Source: Povalibacter sp. (lineage in GTDB: Bacteria > Pseudomonadota > Gammaproteobacteria > Steroidobacterales > Steroidobacteraceae). Taken from it: 64,000 bases of DNA. Below, in pieces: positions 1 through 9,483 of the stretch. Positions within the stretch are counted from its first letter, which is position 1; every line of letters starts with the position of its first letter. Location: contig DATMEZ010000202.1 of the NCBI GenBank assembly GCA_035556415.1, positions 6,899 through 70,898 on the forward strand, written 5' to 3'. Below the pieces are notes generated by a model. That model was not told the DNA's origin. It made no database searches and worked only from the letters and a program-made list of their open reading frames with translations. A program made the position numbers and the translations under genes.

Positions 1-386
1 TGACTCGCAATGCCATCAATGCCGCGGGCGCTGCGGCCATCGGTCCGTATTCGCACGCCGTCGAGGCGGCAGGCCTGTTGTTTCTCTCGGGCCAGACGCC
101 GATCGATCCGCAGACCGGACGGCTGGTAGTCGGCACCATTCGTGAGCAGACCGCGCAGTGCCTGACGAACCTGTTTCAGGTGCTGGAAACTGCCGGGCTT
201 ACGCCCGATGACGTGGTCAACGTGCAGATCTATCTCACCGACATGAACGATTTCGCGGCCATGAACGAGGTCTACGCCAGCCGCTTCACCCGGCCTTACC
301 CGGCGCGCACCACCATCGGCGTGGCCAGCCTGCCGTTGGGCGCCGCCGTCGAGATCGGACTGGTGGCGCGACGGCCTCAAAAATAA
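1..386 (+). CDS. RidA/YjgF family enamine/imine deaminase (start codon lies 1 nt before the window)
   Basis: Frame is open from the window start: (M)TRNAINAAGAAAIGPYSHAV..LFLSGQ..MNEVY..YPART..LPLGAAVEI, the Rid family motifs. Confidence 0.93.
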   Translation, partial: TRNAINAAGAAAIGPYSHAVEAAGLLFLSGQTPIDPQTGRLVVGTIREQTAQCLTNLFQVLETAGLTPDDVVNVQIYLTDMNDFAAMNEVYASRFTRPYPARTTIGVASLPLGAAVEIGLVARRPQK

Positions 387-405
387 TCTCCGGCGCCGCA
401 ACCCC

Positions 406-421
406 TGGCACGGCAGCTGCA
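406..421 (+). promoter_or_regulatory. sigma54 (-24/-12) promoter
   Basis: TGGCAC-GGCAG-CTGCA matches TGGCAC-N5-TTGCW with exact GG-N10-GC spacing, about 55 nt before an SD plus ATG. Confidence 0.7.
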
Positions 422-477
422 TCTGAAGGTTCAAGCGCCGCATCGAGGATGCGGCAACAACCCGAAGGAGAGCCGCC

Positions 478-630
478 ATGTTTACTGCCGAAATCCGTCG
501 TCATCCGCGTCAGCGCTTCGTTTGCCTGGTTCTGGCTGTTTTTGTCGTCACTTCTTCTTTGTCACTGGGTGCCTTGGGCACGCAGCTGATGGTTCGCAAC
601 GCCCAGGTGGCGGCGCAGACGCAGGCGTAG
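478..630 (+). CDS. Small 50-aa single-pass membrane protein (below the ORF-track cutoff)
   Basis: AAGGAG SD at 465-470 and ATG at 478. Translation MFTAEIRRHPRQRFVCLVLAVFVVTSSLSLGALGTQLMVRNAQVAAQTQA*, a basic N-terminus followed by a hydrophobic helix. Confidence 0.7.
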   Translation: MFTAEIRRHPRQRFVCLVLAVFVVTSSLSLGALGTQLMVRNAQVAAQTQA

Positions 631-1039
631 GAGCGACCGCGGACGTCCGCTGCGGTGACCGGACATTCGACCGGACACACGGCGGACGATGCGGGCATCA
701 TGTTTCTATCTAAGGAGGAGCGAACGCATCGCTGCGTGTTGAGTCTCGCTTTCAGCGGCAGCGTGCACGGTGCGCTGCTTGCGCATACCTCGATGCCTCT
801 GTCGCGCCACGCGGCAAGTACAGCACCTCGCTGCTGATTTTCTTCGGCGATTCCGAATGGTGCTGGACGCGTTTGCGTCGTCCAATGCTCGTTCCATTTT
901 TCCTTGCGGACGCTTGCATGCCCTGAAGGGTATCCCCCGTCGTTTCGTGGAACCCCCCGTCGCTCGGAGCGTTGCACTTGTTAATGAGAACGAGTTTCTC
1001 AACGACGAGTGCAGAACGGTTTCATTGAACGGGGGATCG

Positions 1040-2443
1040 ATGATGCAAATGGAATCTTGTTTGCGACGTGCCGTGCGGATCGCCATCGGTGCGACCGTCA
1101 TGGCGGCCTGTACCAACGCACATGCGTCGGGATTTGCGCTGCTGGAACAGAGCGCCAGCCGTCTCGGCACTGCTTTCGCCGGCACTGCCGCCGCGGCGGA
1201 TGACGCTACCACCGTCTTCTACAATCCTGCCGGCCTGCTCGAACTCGACCAGGCCGAGCTCACGCTGGTGGCCAGCGGCGTCGACATCGGTTCCGAATTC
1301 CGCAACTCGAATTCGCAAGCAGCGCTCGGTCAGCCGCTCGGCGTCGAAGGTGGCGATGCCGGTGGATGGAACGCCGTACCGGCTGCCTATTTCGCGCTGC
1401 CGCTCGGCAAGGACGTGGCGTTCGGTTTCGGCTTCAACGTGCCGTTCGGGCTGCAGCTGGACTATGCGCATGACTGGATGGGCCGCTTCCAGGCGCTCAA
1501 GTCCGAGATCAAGACCTACAACTTCAATCCGGCGCTGTCGTTCCGGCTGAACGATCATGTGTCGCTCGGCTTCGGCATGAACTATCAGAAAGTGCAGGCC
1601 GAGCTGACCAACGCGCTCAACTACAGCGCCGTGGTCGGCCAGGGATTGCAACAACTGGTCGGCGCCGGCCAGTTGTCGCCCGCCGACGTGCCCGGCCTGC
1701 TGGCGGCAAACGCCGGGCTGGAAGGCGGCACGGTGGTACGTGGCGATGATGCCGACTGGGGCTTCAACGCCGGCGTGCTGTTCAAGTTCACCGAAAATAC
1801 GCGGCTCGGCCTGGCTTACCGCTCGTCACTGAAATATCACATCGAAGGTTCGGCGCGATTCGCACCGGCATCGACCGCCAATCCGGTCGGCGCCGGCATC
1901 ATCGCGGCGGCATCGGCGCCGGGTGCGCAGCTTGCGAACGGCGCGGTATCCGTCGATCTGGAGTTGCCCGACATTGCCACCGCCTCCTTCTATCAGAAGC
2001 TCGGCGAGCGCTTCGAGCTGTTGGCCGACGTGGCGTGGACCGGCTGGAGCAGCGTGCAGGAGCTACGCATCGTGCGCGACTCGGGCGAAGTGCTGTCGGT
2101 GACACCCGAGCATTGGGAAGACACCTGGCGCTATGCGCTCGGATTGACGTATCGGATCAGCGACACGTGGAAGCTGCGCGGCGGCGTGGCTTTCGACGAA
2201 ACACCGGTGCCGGACTCGACCCGAACGGCGCGTCTGCCCGATGCGGAACGTAAATGGGTCGCCGTCGGCGCGCGCTGGCAGCCGTCGGACTCCACACTGA
2301 TCGATTTCGGCTATGCGCATCTGTTCAGCGACGACGTGACCATCAATCAGGACGATGGCAATGCCCTGGCCAGCGGGCTGCTCGACGGCAAACAGAAATC
2401 CAGCGTCGACATCGTCGCTGCACAGTTCGGTTATCGCTTCTGA
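1040..2443 (+). CDS. fadL: FadL/OmpP1 family outer-membrane long-chain fatty acid/hydrocarbon transporter
   Basis: Signal peptide ending AHA-SGFALLEQSASRLGTAFAG, NPAG hatch motif, C-terminal YRF beta-signal. Confidence 0.93.
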   Translation: MMQMESCLRRAVRIAIGATVMAACTNAHASGFALLEQSASRLGTAFAGTAAAADDATTVFYNPAGLLELDQAELTLVASGVDIGSEFRNSNSQAALGQPLGVEGGDAGGWNAVPAAYFALPLGKDVAFGFGFNVPFGLQLDYAHDWMGRFQALKSEIKTYNFNPALSFRLNDHVSLGFGMNYQKVQAELTNALNYSAVVGQGLQQLVGAGQLSPADVPGLLAANAGLEGGTVVRGDDADWGFNAGVLFKFTENTRLGLAYRSSLKYHIEGSARFAPASTANPVGAGIIAAASAPGAQLANGAVSVDLELPDIATASFYQKLGERFELLADVAWTGWSSVQELRIVRDSGEVLSVTPEHWEDTWRYALGLTYRISDTWKLRGGVAFDETPVPDSTRTARLPDAERKWVAVGARWQPSDSTLIDFGYAHLFSDDVTINQDDGNALASGLLDGKQKSSVDIVAAQFGYRF

Positions 2444-2450
2444 AGAACAG

Positions 2451-2476
2451 ACTGTCTCCCTTGACGGGGAGACAGT
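2451..2476 (+). terminator. Hairpin after fadL (putative terminator)
   Basis: ACTGTCTCCC-N6-GGGAGACAGT 10-bp stem 7 nt after the stop; no strong U tract. Confidence 0.5.
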
Positions 2477-3072
2477 GACCGTGCGGTTTCAATCACGCAC
2501 GGTGTCGGCTGCAATGTCATCGCGTTGCGACACTGCAGCCCGTGCATGCTCGCTTCATCTGCGTCGGTCGACGTGTCATGTCGCCAACTGGCGAAACACC
2601 GTAGGCGCGTCGGTGAAATCATTTTCGCGCGGGAACAAATGGGTGGCGCCGACGCTTTCGAGTCGGACCCTGGTCGGGATCTCTTCGGTGCATGGCGTGT
2701 TCGCACACGGATCAACACGAAGTTGCAGCTACCGCGGATCGAAGAAAGAGACACGCGGGATCCTGTAACGAGGTGCGGATCAAAATGGAGCGGACGAGCG
2801 GTGCATCGGTCGATGTTGATGCGTTGAGTTGATGCGGACGCTCACTGTCGTTTCGTTCGCGACGAAGGTTTGTAAGGAATAGAACCACACTGCAAGGCCG
2901 TAGGACGCAGAACCGTCGCGATGAAGCGACGAAAGCCGCGAACGGAACGGTACTTGCTGGGATGGCTGCAACGCGCATTTGTCGTAGCGCGTGGCGGCGG
3001 GAAGGGGGCGTGCGCGTGCGCACGACGATGTAGTCGCCGTGAGTGCGTTAAAGGTGGTTTGCCGGAGTCTGT

Positions 3073-3513
3073 ATGCGCGCCAGAAGTATCGCCATTGCCT
3101 CGCTGTTATTTGCTATCGCGGTATTGCCTGGAATCGGCTTTGCGCTCGAGGCGGTATCGCGACACCAGGTTGCATCCGGGCCGCTCACGGAGGCGACACA
3201 TAAAGCCGACGTATTGCCGGAAATAGACCTACAAACCATCGACATTCGGCTGGCGAGCCTGGAGCCGCGCGATGTGCTGCAGGACCGGGGAGGGCTGAGT
3301 AGCGTCGGAGCGCGTACCGCAGCGAACTTTGCAGCCAGCGGTCTTCCTGCCCAACAAGCCACGCTCATTGCGCCGACGCCGCGATTGAGTTCGCAGCCGC
3401 GCAGTCACGACGCATCGGACTACTGGCTGATGGGTCTGGTGGCCGTGATGCTGGTTGCTTACCAGTTGCGTCGCAAGCATCGCTTCCTGCGGCCCCAGCC
3501 TTTCAACTCGTAA
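3073..3513 (+). CDS. Secreted protein with C-terminal TM plus basic cluster (sorting-signal-like), first gene of the EPS operon
   Basis: GGAG SD, signal peptide, low-complexity body, C-terminus DYWLMGLVAVMLVAYQLRRKHRFL; ends 12 nt before the priming GT. Confidence 0.75.
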   Translation: MRARSIAIASLLFAIAVLPGIGFALEAVSRHQVASGPLTEATHKADVLPEIDLQTIDIRLASLEPRDVLQDRGGLSSVGARTAANFAASGLPAQQATLIAPTPRLSSQPRSHDASDYWLMGLVAVMLVAYQLRRKHRFLRPQPFNS

Positions 3514-3525
3514 GGTGGCAGGTGA

Positions 3526-4995
3526 GTGCGTGTGAGCAGTACTGAGTACTCAGCAAGACCTTCCGTACCTGCCATCGGGCAACCGCGGCTTCGCGACCGC
3601 TCCGGCGACGTGAGCGCCAGCGAGCCATTGTCGGTATTCGCGCTCAAGTCGCTGCTGTACCCGGTCATTCCCGTGATCACGTTGGGGCTGTGCCTGTGGC
3701 TGTGGCGCGAGCCGCTGTATGGGCCGTACCTGCTGGTGGCGGTGCTGTCGTTCCTGGGCGTGGCGGACCTGCTCGACGTGGTGCCGATCCGCATCGTGCC
3801 GGCGAGCGTGATGGCGCTGCGCTCGCTGATCGACATCCTGCTGCGCTGGTCGCTGCTGATGCTGTTCCTGTACCTGCTGCTCAAGCTGTCCGGTCTGGGA
3901 CACTACTTCAGCCGGCCCGTGCTGATCGCGTGGGCTACGGCTACACCGTTCGTGCTTTGGTGCGGCGAGCTGATCGCGCATCGGGTGCTGCTGCACGGCG
4001 GCGATCATGCACGTCGCGCACGCAAGGCCGTCATCGTGGGTGCCACCACTCCCGGCCTGCAGCTCGAACAGACGCTGGACAGTCGGCCCATCCTGCGCAT
4101 CCAGATTCTCGGGTACTTCGAGGATCGGGCGCTGTCACGCGTTCCTGCCGAGTGTGCCGACCGTGTGCTCGGCCGCATGGGCGATGTGAGCGATTTCGTG
4201 CGGCGCCAGGGCATCGACATCGTCTACATCACGCTGCCGATGACGCCGCACCCCCGCATCGTCGAGTTGCTCAATTCGCTGCGCGATTCCACCACCTCGA
4301 TCTACTTCGTGCCGGACCTGAAGGTGTTCGAGCTGGTGCAGCCGCGGTTCGACCTGGTCGACGGCATTCCGGTCATTGCGGTCTGCGAGTCGCCGTACTA
4401 CGGCGTGCGCGGTTTGGCGAAGCGCGTGAGCGACATCGCAATCGCAGGCACCGCGCTGGTGCTGCTCGCGCCGGTGCTGGCTGCTGTGGCGCTCGGCGTG
4501 CGGCTGAGTTCGCCTGGGCCGGCGCTGTACAAGCAGCGGCGCTATGGCCTCGATGGCAAGGAAATCGTCGTCTACAAATTCCGCTCGCTGAGCGTGGTGG
4601 AGGACGGTGTGAGCAGTTACACGCAGGTCGGCCGCAACGACCCGCGCGTCACGCGGTTCGGTGCCTTCATCCGCAAGACTTCGCTCGACGAGCTGCCGCA
4701 ATTGTTCAACGTCCTGCTGGGCGACATGAGCGTGGTCGGTCCGCGCCCGCACGCGGTGGCGGTCAACGAGCAGTATCGCCGGCAGATTCCCGGCTACATG
4801 GTGCGGCACAAGGTCAAGCCCGGCATCACCGGCTGGGCCCAGGTCAACGGCTATCGCGGCGGCGACGACCTGGACTCGATGACCATGCGCATTTCCCTCG
4901 ACCTCGAGTACCTGCGGCATTGGTCGCTCGGTCTCGATCTCATCATCATGCTCAAGACGGCTGCCATGATCTGGAACGACCGCCATGCGTACTGA
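3526..4995 (+). CDS. wcaJ: Undecaprenyl-phosphate glucose phosphotransferase (WcaJ/EpsB/GumD-type priming GT)
   Basis: N-terminal TMs, CoA-binding-like domain, and motifs [47 protein letters not shown]. Confidence 0.93.
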   Translation: MRVSSTEYSARPSVPAIGQPRLRDRSGDVSASEPLSVFALKSLLYPVIPVITLGLCLWLWREPLYGPYLLVAVLSFLGVADLLDVVPIRIVPASVMALRSLIDILLRWSLLMLFLYLLLKLSGLGHYFSRPVLIAWATATPFVLWCGELIAHRVLLHGGDHARRARKAVIVGATTPGLQLEQTLDSRPILRIQILGYFEDRALSRVPAECADRVLGRMGDVSDFVRRQGIDIVYITLPMTPHPRIVELLNSLRDSTTSIYFVPDLKVFELVQPRFDLVDGIPVIAVCESPYYGVRGLAKRVSDIAIAGTALVLLAPVLAAVALGVRLSSPGPALYKQRRYGLDGKEIVVYKFRSLSVVEDGVSSYTQVGRNDPRVTRFGAFIRKTSLDELPQLFNVLLGDMSVVGPRPHAVAVNEQYRRQIPGYMVRHKVKPGITGWAQVNGYRGGDDLDSMTMRISLDLEYLRHWSLGLDLIIMLKTAAMIWNDRHAY

Positions 4996-5818
4996 ACCAA
5001 GAAGAACATCTGCACGGCTCATGAACTGGCAAGCGCTGATCGCAGCGTCCCTGTGCCTGTGGCTCGCGCTGGGACAACGCGTCGACGCAGCCATTGCCAC
5101 CGATCAGGACTACAAGCTCGGTGCCGGCGATCTGGTGCGCATGAACGTGTTCGGCTCGCCGGAGCTGATGACCGAGGCGCGCGTATCGCAGTCGGGCAGC
5201 ATTACCTGCCCGTTGATCGGCAGCGTGCCGGTGGCCGGGATGTCCACCGCCGAAGTCGAGACGTTGCTGGCGCGACGCTATGTCGACGGCGGCTTCCTGA
5301 AGCAGCCGCAGATCTCGGTGCTGGTGGTGGAGTTTCAGAGCCAGAAGATTTCCGTGCTCGGGCACGTGGGCAAGCCGGGCCAGTATCCGCTGCGCGCCAG
5401 CAGCAACGTGCTCGACGTGCTCGCCGAAGCCGGCGGCCTGCTGGCGCAGAGCGCCGGCGACGTCGCTACCATCACCCATGCCAACGGCAGCAAGCAGGAG
5501 GTCGACCTGCCCAAGCTGTTCGACGGCGATCCGGAGCAGAACGTGACGGTGGGCGGGGGCGATCGCATCTACGTCCCCAAGGCGCCGCAGTTCTACGTCT
5601 ACGGGCAGGTGCAGAAGCCCGGCATGTACAAGCTGGAACGCCACATGACCGTCTCGCGCGCCATCTCGGCCGCCGGCGGCCTCACCGCGAAAGGCACTGA
5701 ACGGCGCGCCATCGTCAAGCGCCGCGATGCCAATGGCAAGGAGAAAGAGTACTCGGCAGGCGGCACGGACATGCTGCAACCCGACGACATCCTGTTCATC
5801 AAGGAAAGCCTGTTCTGA
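4985..5818 (+). CDS. epsE: Polysaccharide export protein EpsE (Poly_export plus SLBB domains)
   Basis: DYKLGAGD, PLIGSV, two SLBB repeats (VLGHVGKPGQY, VYGQVQKPGMY), ends IKESLF. Alternative start at 5021. Confidence 0.88.
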   Translation: MRTEPRRTSARLMNWQALIAASLCLWLALGQRVDAAIATDQDYKLGAGDLVRMNVFGSPELMTEARVSQSGSITCPLIGSVPVAGMSTAEVETLLARRYVDGGFLKQPQISVLVVEFQSQKISVLGHVGKPGQYPLRASSNVLDVLAEAGGLLAQSAGDVATITHANGSKQEVDLPKLFDGDPEQNVTVGGGDRIYVPKAPQFYVYGQVQKPGMYKLERHMTVSRAISAAGGLTAKGTERRAIVKRRDANGKEKEYSAGGTDMLQPDDILFIKESLF

Positions 5819-5837
5819 AACCGCCAGGAGCCCGAGC

Positions 5838-7250
5838 ATGAGTTTCGCGCAGCTGCTGAAGATTCTCTGGGCACGCCGCCGGCTGGTGACGACAGTGACC
5901 GCCGGCGCCGTGGCGCTGGCGTTTTTCGCGTATCTGGTGATGCCCAAGACCTACGTCGCCGCCACTTCGCTGGTGATCGACTCGCGCGGCGTCGACCCGC
6001 TCACGGGCGCTGCACCCAACCAGCCCATGGGCGCGAGCGTGCTGGCAACCCAGATGGACGTCATCGGCAGCCGCGCGGTGGCGCTCGAGGTGGTGGACAA
6101 GCTCGGGCTGTCGAACGATCCGGATCTGAAGACCAAGGAAGATCGTGACGCCGCGCGCCAGTCGGTGGCGCAGTCGTTGCTGAGGCACCTGACGCTCAAG
6201 CCCGCGTCCAACAGCAACGTCATCCGCATCGAGTTCGAGAACTCCGACCCGCAGATGGCCGCCAACGTCGCCAACGGATTCGCCGACGCCTATCAGCAGA
6301 CCGCGGTGAACCTGCGGCTGGATCCTGCCAAGCGGCAGAGCGCCTGGTTCGACGAACAGTTGCAGAGCCTGCGCAGCCTGGTCGAGGAACGCCGCGCCCG
6401 GCTTTCGGAGTTCCAGCGCGCCAACGGTATCACGCCGGTGGAACGGCTCGACGTGGAGACGGCGCGGCTCGATGAGATATCGCGCCAGCTGGTGGAGGCG
6501 CAGCGCAACTCGCAGGCCGCCGACGCACGCCTGCAACAGGCGAACCAGGCCACGCAAAGCGGCCGTCTGCCGGAAGTGCCGGAGATTCTCGGCAACAGCC
6601 TGCTGCAATCGTTGAAGGCGGATCTGGTGCGTGCCCAGGGGCGGCTGGCGAACGCGAGCGAGCGTTACGGCCGCAACCATCCGCAGTACATCGCGGCGTC
6701 GGCCGAAGTGCAGGAGTTGCAGCAGAAGATCAACGCCGAAGTGAACCGGGCCAAGGGCTCGATCGACCAGTCGGCTCGCATCGCGCAGCAGCAGACCGAC
6801 GACTTGCAGCGAGCCTTCGACGACCAGAAGGCACGCATCCTGGAGCTCACGCGACAGCGCGATGAGATGTCGGTGCGCGATCGTGAAGTCCAGAACGCAC
6901 AGGCTGCGTACGACGCCGCCCTGCAACGCGCCAGCCAGTTGCGGCTGGAGAGTCAGCTCAATCAGACCACCGTGGCAGTGCTGGACCGCGCGTCCGCGCC
7001 GGTCAATCCGGCAGGCCTGGGTCTGTTCCTGACCACGGCATTGTCACTGATCTTCGGTTCGATCCTGGGAGCGGCGCTGGCGCTCACCATCGAAATGCTC
7101 GATCGCCGCGTGCGCGACGGCGAAGAGCTTCTGACGGCAGCCGGACTGGAGGTGCTTGGAGAAGTGCCGCGGCTGCGTGCGAGCTTCAAGCAGCTGAGCG
7201 CACCGCCGGTTCGCGGCGTGCGCGCCGTGCTGGAAGGCAAGCCCATATGA
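5838..7250 (+). CDS. epsF: Chain-length determinant / polysaccharide co-polymerase EpsF (Wzz/GumC-like)
   Basis: Two TMs flanking a long coiled coil, PKTY motif, YGRNHP motif; SD AGGAG before ATG at 5838. Confidence 0.88.
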   Translation: MSFAQLLKILWARRRLVTTVTAGAVALAFFAYLVMPKTYVAATSLVIDSRGVDPLTGAAPNQPMGASVLATQMDVIGSRAVALEVVDKLGLSNDPDLKTKEDRDAARQSVAQSLLRHLTLKPASNSNVIRIEFENSDPQMAANVANGFADAYQQTAVNLRLDPAKRQSAWFDEQLQSLRSLVEERRARLSEFQRANGITPVERLDVETARLDEISRQLVEAQRNSQAADARLQQANQATQSGRLPEVPEILGNSLLQSLKADLVRAQGRLANASERYGRNHPQYIAASAEVQELQQKINAEVNRAKGSIDQSARIAQQQTDDLQRAFDDQKARILELTRQRDEMSVRDREVQNAQAAYDAALQRASQLRLESQLNQTTVAVLDRASAPVNPAGLGLFLTTALSLIFGSILGAALALTIEMLDRRVRDGEELLTAAGLEVLGEVPRLRASFKQLSAPPVRGVRAVLEGKPI

Positions 7251-7301
7251 CCTGCGCAGCGGCAACGATCGCGACCCACAACAGGACAGTTCGAGGGAGC
7301 C

Positions 7302-8189
7302 ATGTCAGTTAATCCTCTTCCAGGGCAGATTCCGGCGTCCGATGCCGACCCCACCCGCACGCATCGCCTGATCGGCGAGCTGCTGGCGGAAACCGGCCGC
7401 GTCACCGAGCACGACATCAAGCGGGTGATCGTGGTTCAACGCCGCAAGGGGCTGCGCTTCGGTGAAGCGGCGCGCAGCCTCGGCCTCGTCAGCGATGACG
7501 ACGTGCAGCAGGCCTTGGCGCGCCAGTTCAACTATGCCTATCTCCGCCGCGGCGAGTCGGGTCTGCATCCCATGCTAGTGAGCGCATACCAGCCTTTCAG
7601 CGGCGCCTCCGAGTCGTTCCGCATGCTGCGCAGCCAGCTGATGCTGCGCTGGTTCAATCACGGCCACAAAGTCCTGGCCATCGGCGGCCCGCGCACCGGC
7701 TCGGGCGCCAGCACATTGGCTGCCAATCTCGCGATCAGCTTCTCGCAGCTGGGCGAGCGCACGCTGCTGCTGGATGCCAACTTTCGCCGCCCTGCGCAGC
7801 ACAGCCTGTTCGGTCTGTCTGCCGAGGTCGGCCTGGCGGACGTGCTGCTCGGACGCAGCAGCGTCGAGAAGGCGATCGTCACCATTGCGCAGCTCAACGG
7901 GCTGGCGGTGTTGTGCGCCGGACCGATGCCGCCGAATCCGCACGAGCTGCTCAGCAGCCGCGCCTTGCAGTACCTGCTGGATTTGGCGCGTGAGATCTAC
8001 GACATCGTGATCCTCGATACACCGCCGGTACTCGGCTATGCCGACGCGCAGATGATCGCGGCGCGAGCCAACGGCTATCTGCTCGTGACGCGCCGGCATC
8101 GCACCCGGCTCAACGATGTAAGCGTGGTGCAGGAGCGGCTTGCCCCGACGGGCGCCACGCTGCTGGGCGCTGTCGTGAACGACGAGTAG
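7302..8189 (+). CDS. epsG: EpsG-type BY-kinase-like protein with N-terminal MshEN-like repeat
   Basis: ESFRMLRSQL, degenerate Walker A GSGAST, LLLDANFRRP, PPNPHELL, VILDTPP, GAVVN. Confidence 0.88.
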   Translation: MSVNPLPGQIPASDADPTRTHRLIGELLAETGRVTEHDIKRVIVVQRRKGLRFGEAARSLGLVSDDDVQQALARQFNYAYLRRGESGLHPMLVSAYQPFSGASESFRMLRSQLMLRWFNHGHKVLAIGGPRTGSGASTLAANLAISFSQLGERTLLLDANFRRPAQHSLFGLSAEVGLADVLLGRSSVEKAIVTIAQLNGLAVLCAGPMPPNPHELLSSRALQYLLDLAREIYDIVILDTPPVLGYADAQMIAARANGYLLVTRRHRTRLNDVSVVQERLAPTGATLLGAVVNDE

Positions 8190-8199
8190 GTGAGGCGGC

Positions 8200-9483
8200 A
8201 TGGCCCTGGCTCAGGCGCACAGACGGAGTTTCACGAAGGCAGCGCAGAGCGCTGACCTTGCGCTGTGGCCGACGAAGGTCCTGGTGTTCATGCCCGTGGT
8301 GATGGCGACGGTGCTGTCGAAGTTCTCGCCGCCGCTGGGCGGTGCCATGCCTGGTCTGAGCATGGTGCTGCCGGTGTGCTTCGCCGCCGTGGTGGTCGGA
8401 GTGTTGAGCTCGCGCATGCAGCTGGCTTCCAACCGCCTGGCCTGGTTCCTGGCGATGCTGTCGGTGCTGGGGCTGATCCAGGTGTGGCGCGGCGACATGT
8501 TCTCGCTGACCTCGGTGCTCATGATGGGCGTGCTGGGGCTGTCCTATGTGCCGGTGGCGCGCGAGGGCGTTACGTCTGCCGACGCGGTCCGGTTCTTCTG
8601 CAATCTGAGCGTGCTGATTGCGCTGCTCGGCATCCTGCAGTTCCTGTTGCAGTTCGCGGTCGGCCGTGACGCGGCGTTTCCCATCGAAACCTGGGTGCCG
8701 GAGGCGTTCCGCACGCACGGCTACAACAACATGACGCCGCTGTACTGGGGTTCGCCCATCTACAAGGCCAACGGCATCGTCATGGTCGAGCCTTCGACCT
8801 TCAGCCAGCTGTGTGCGCTCGGGTTGATTGCCGAGCTGAGCAGCCGCGAACGCCTGTGGCGGCTGCTGGCCTATGCCGGCGCGCTGGTCGTGTCCTACTC
8901 CGGCACCGGCCTGCTGATCCTGGCGGTGACGCTGCCGCTGTTCGTGATCATCTATGCCCGCTGGGACCTGCTGATCAAAGGATTGTTGCTGTTCGCGGTG
9001 CTGGCCATATTCTCCGAGCCGCTGCACCTGCAGGTCATCCTGAACCGCGCCGGCGAATTCAACTCCAGCGGCTCCAGCGCCTTCGAGCGCTTCGTCGGCT
9101 GGCAGAACCTGTTCGCCGAGAAGCTGTGGACTTCGCCATCGCGCGCGCTGCTTGGCTACGGCGCGGGATCCTATTTCGAAGCGGCGAGCGGCTACGACGC
9201 CGGCGAGATGGCACACGCCAAGATCATTTTCGAGTTTGGCGTGGTGGGTGCGTTGCTGTACTTCGGGTTCGTCTTCTACTGCCTGTTCCGCTCGACCGCG
9301 CCGCTGATCCTCAGGATCGCGGTCGGCGTCGCCTATTTCATGAACGGCGCGTACTCGCCGACGGTGACCGGAGTTGCCACCAGTCTGCTGCTGTGGCCGG
9401 TGCAGGAGCCGGTGACCAAGCCGCAGCGCGTCGGCTGGCTGGAAATGCTGTTCGGTCGGCGGGAGGTGCGCCATGCAGCGTGA
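8200..9483 (+). CDS. Wzy-type polysaccharide polymerase (GumE-like)
   Basis: About 10-12 TMs, periplasmic loop YKANGIVMVEPSTFSQ, position inside a Wzx/Wzy operon. Confidence 0.7.
   Translation: MALAQAHRRSFTKAAQSADLALWPTKVLVFMPVVMATVLSKFSPPLGGAMPGLSMVLPVCFAAVVVGVLSSRMQLASNRLAWFLAMLSVLGLIQVWRGDMFSLTSVLMMGVLGLSYVPVAREGVTSADAVRFFCNLSVLIALLGILQFLLQFAVGRDAAFPIETWVPEAFRTHGYNNMTPLYWGSPIYKANGIVMVEPSTFSQLCALGLIAELSSRERLWRLLAYAGALVVSYSGTGLLILAVTLPLFVIIYARWDLLIKGLLLFAVLAIFSEPLHLQVILNRAGEFNSSGSSAFERFVGWQNLFAEKLWTSPSRALLGYGAGSYFEAASGYDAGEMAHAKIIFEFGVVGALLYFGFVFYCLFRSTAPLILRIAVGVAYFMNGAYSPTVTGVATSLLLWPVQEPVTKPQRVGWLEMLFGRREVRHAA

Noticed and set aside
700-837. Short ORF MFLSKEERTHRCVLSLAFSGSVHGALLA with a TonB-anchor-like SxxxH
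   Set aside because: No SD, weak hydrophobicity and no downstream domain; could be chance.
2480-3070. Long spacer before the EPS operon; searched for sigma54/PrsR, ops/JUMPstart and CRP sites; noticed GTTGATGCG twice (2815, 2828)
   Set aside because: No motif had correct spacing, the 9-bp repeat alone is not significant, and the ORFs there look non-coding.
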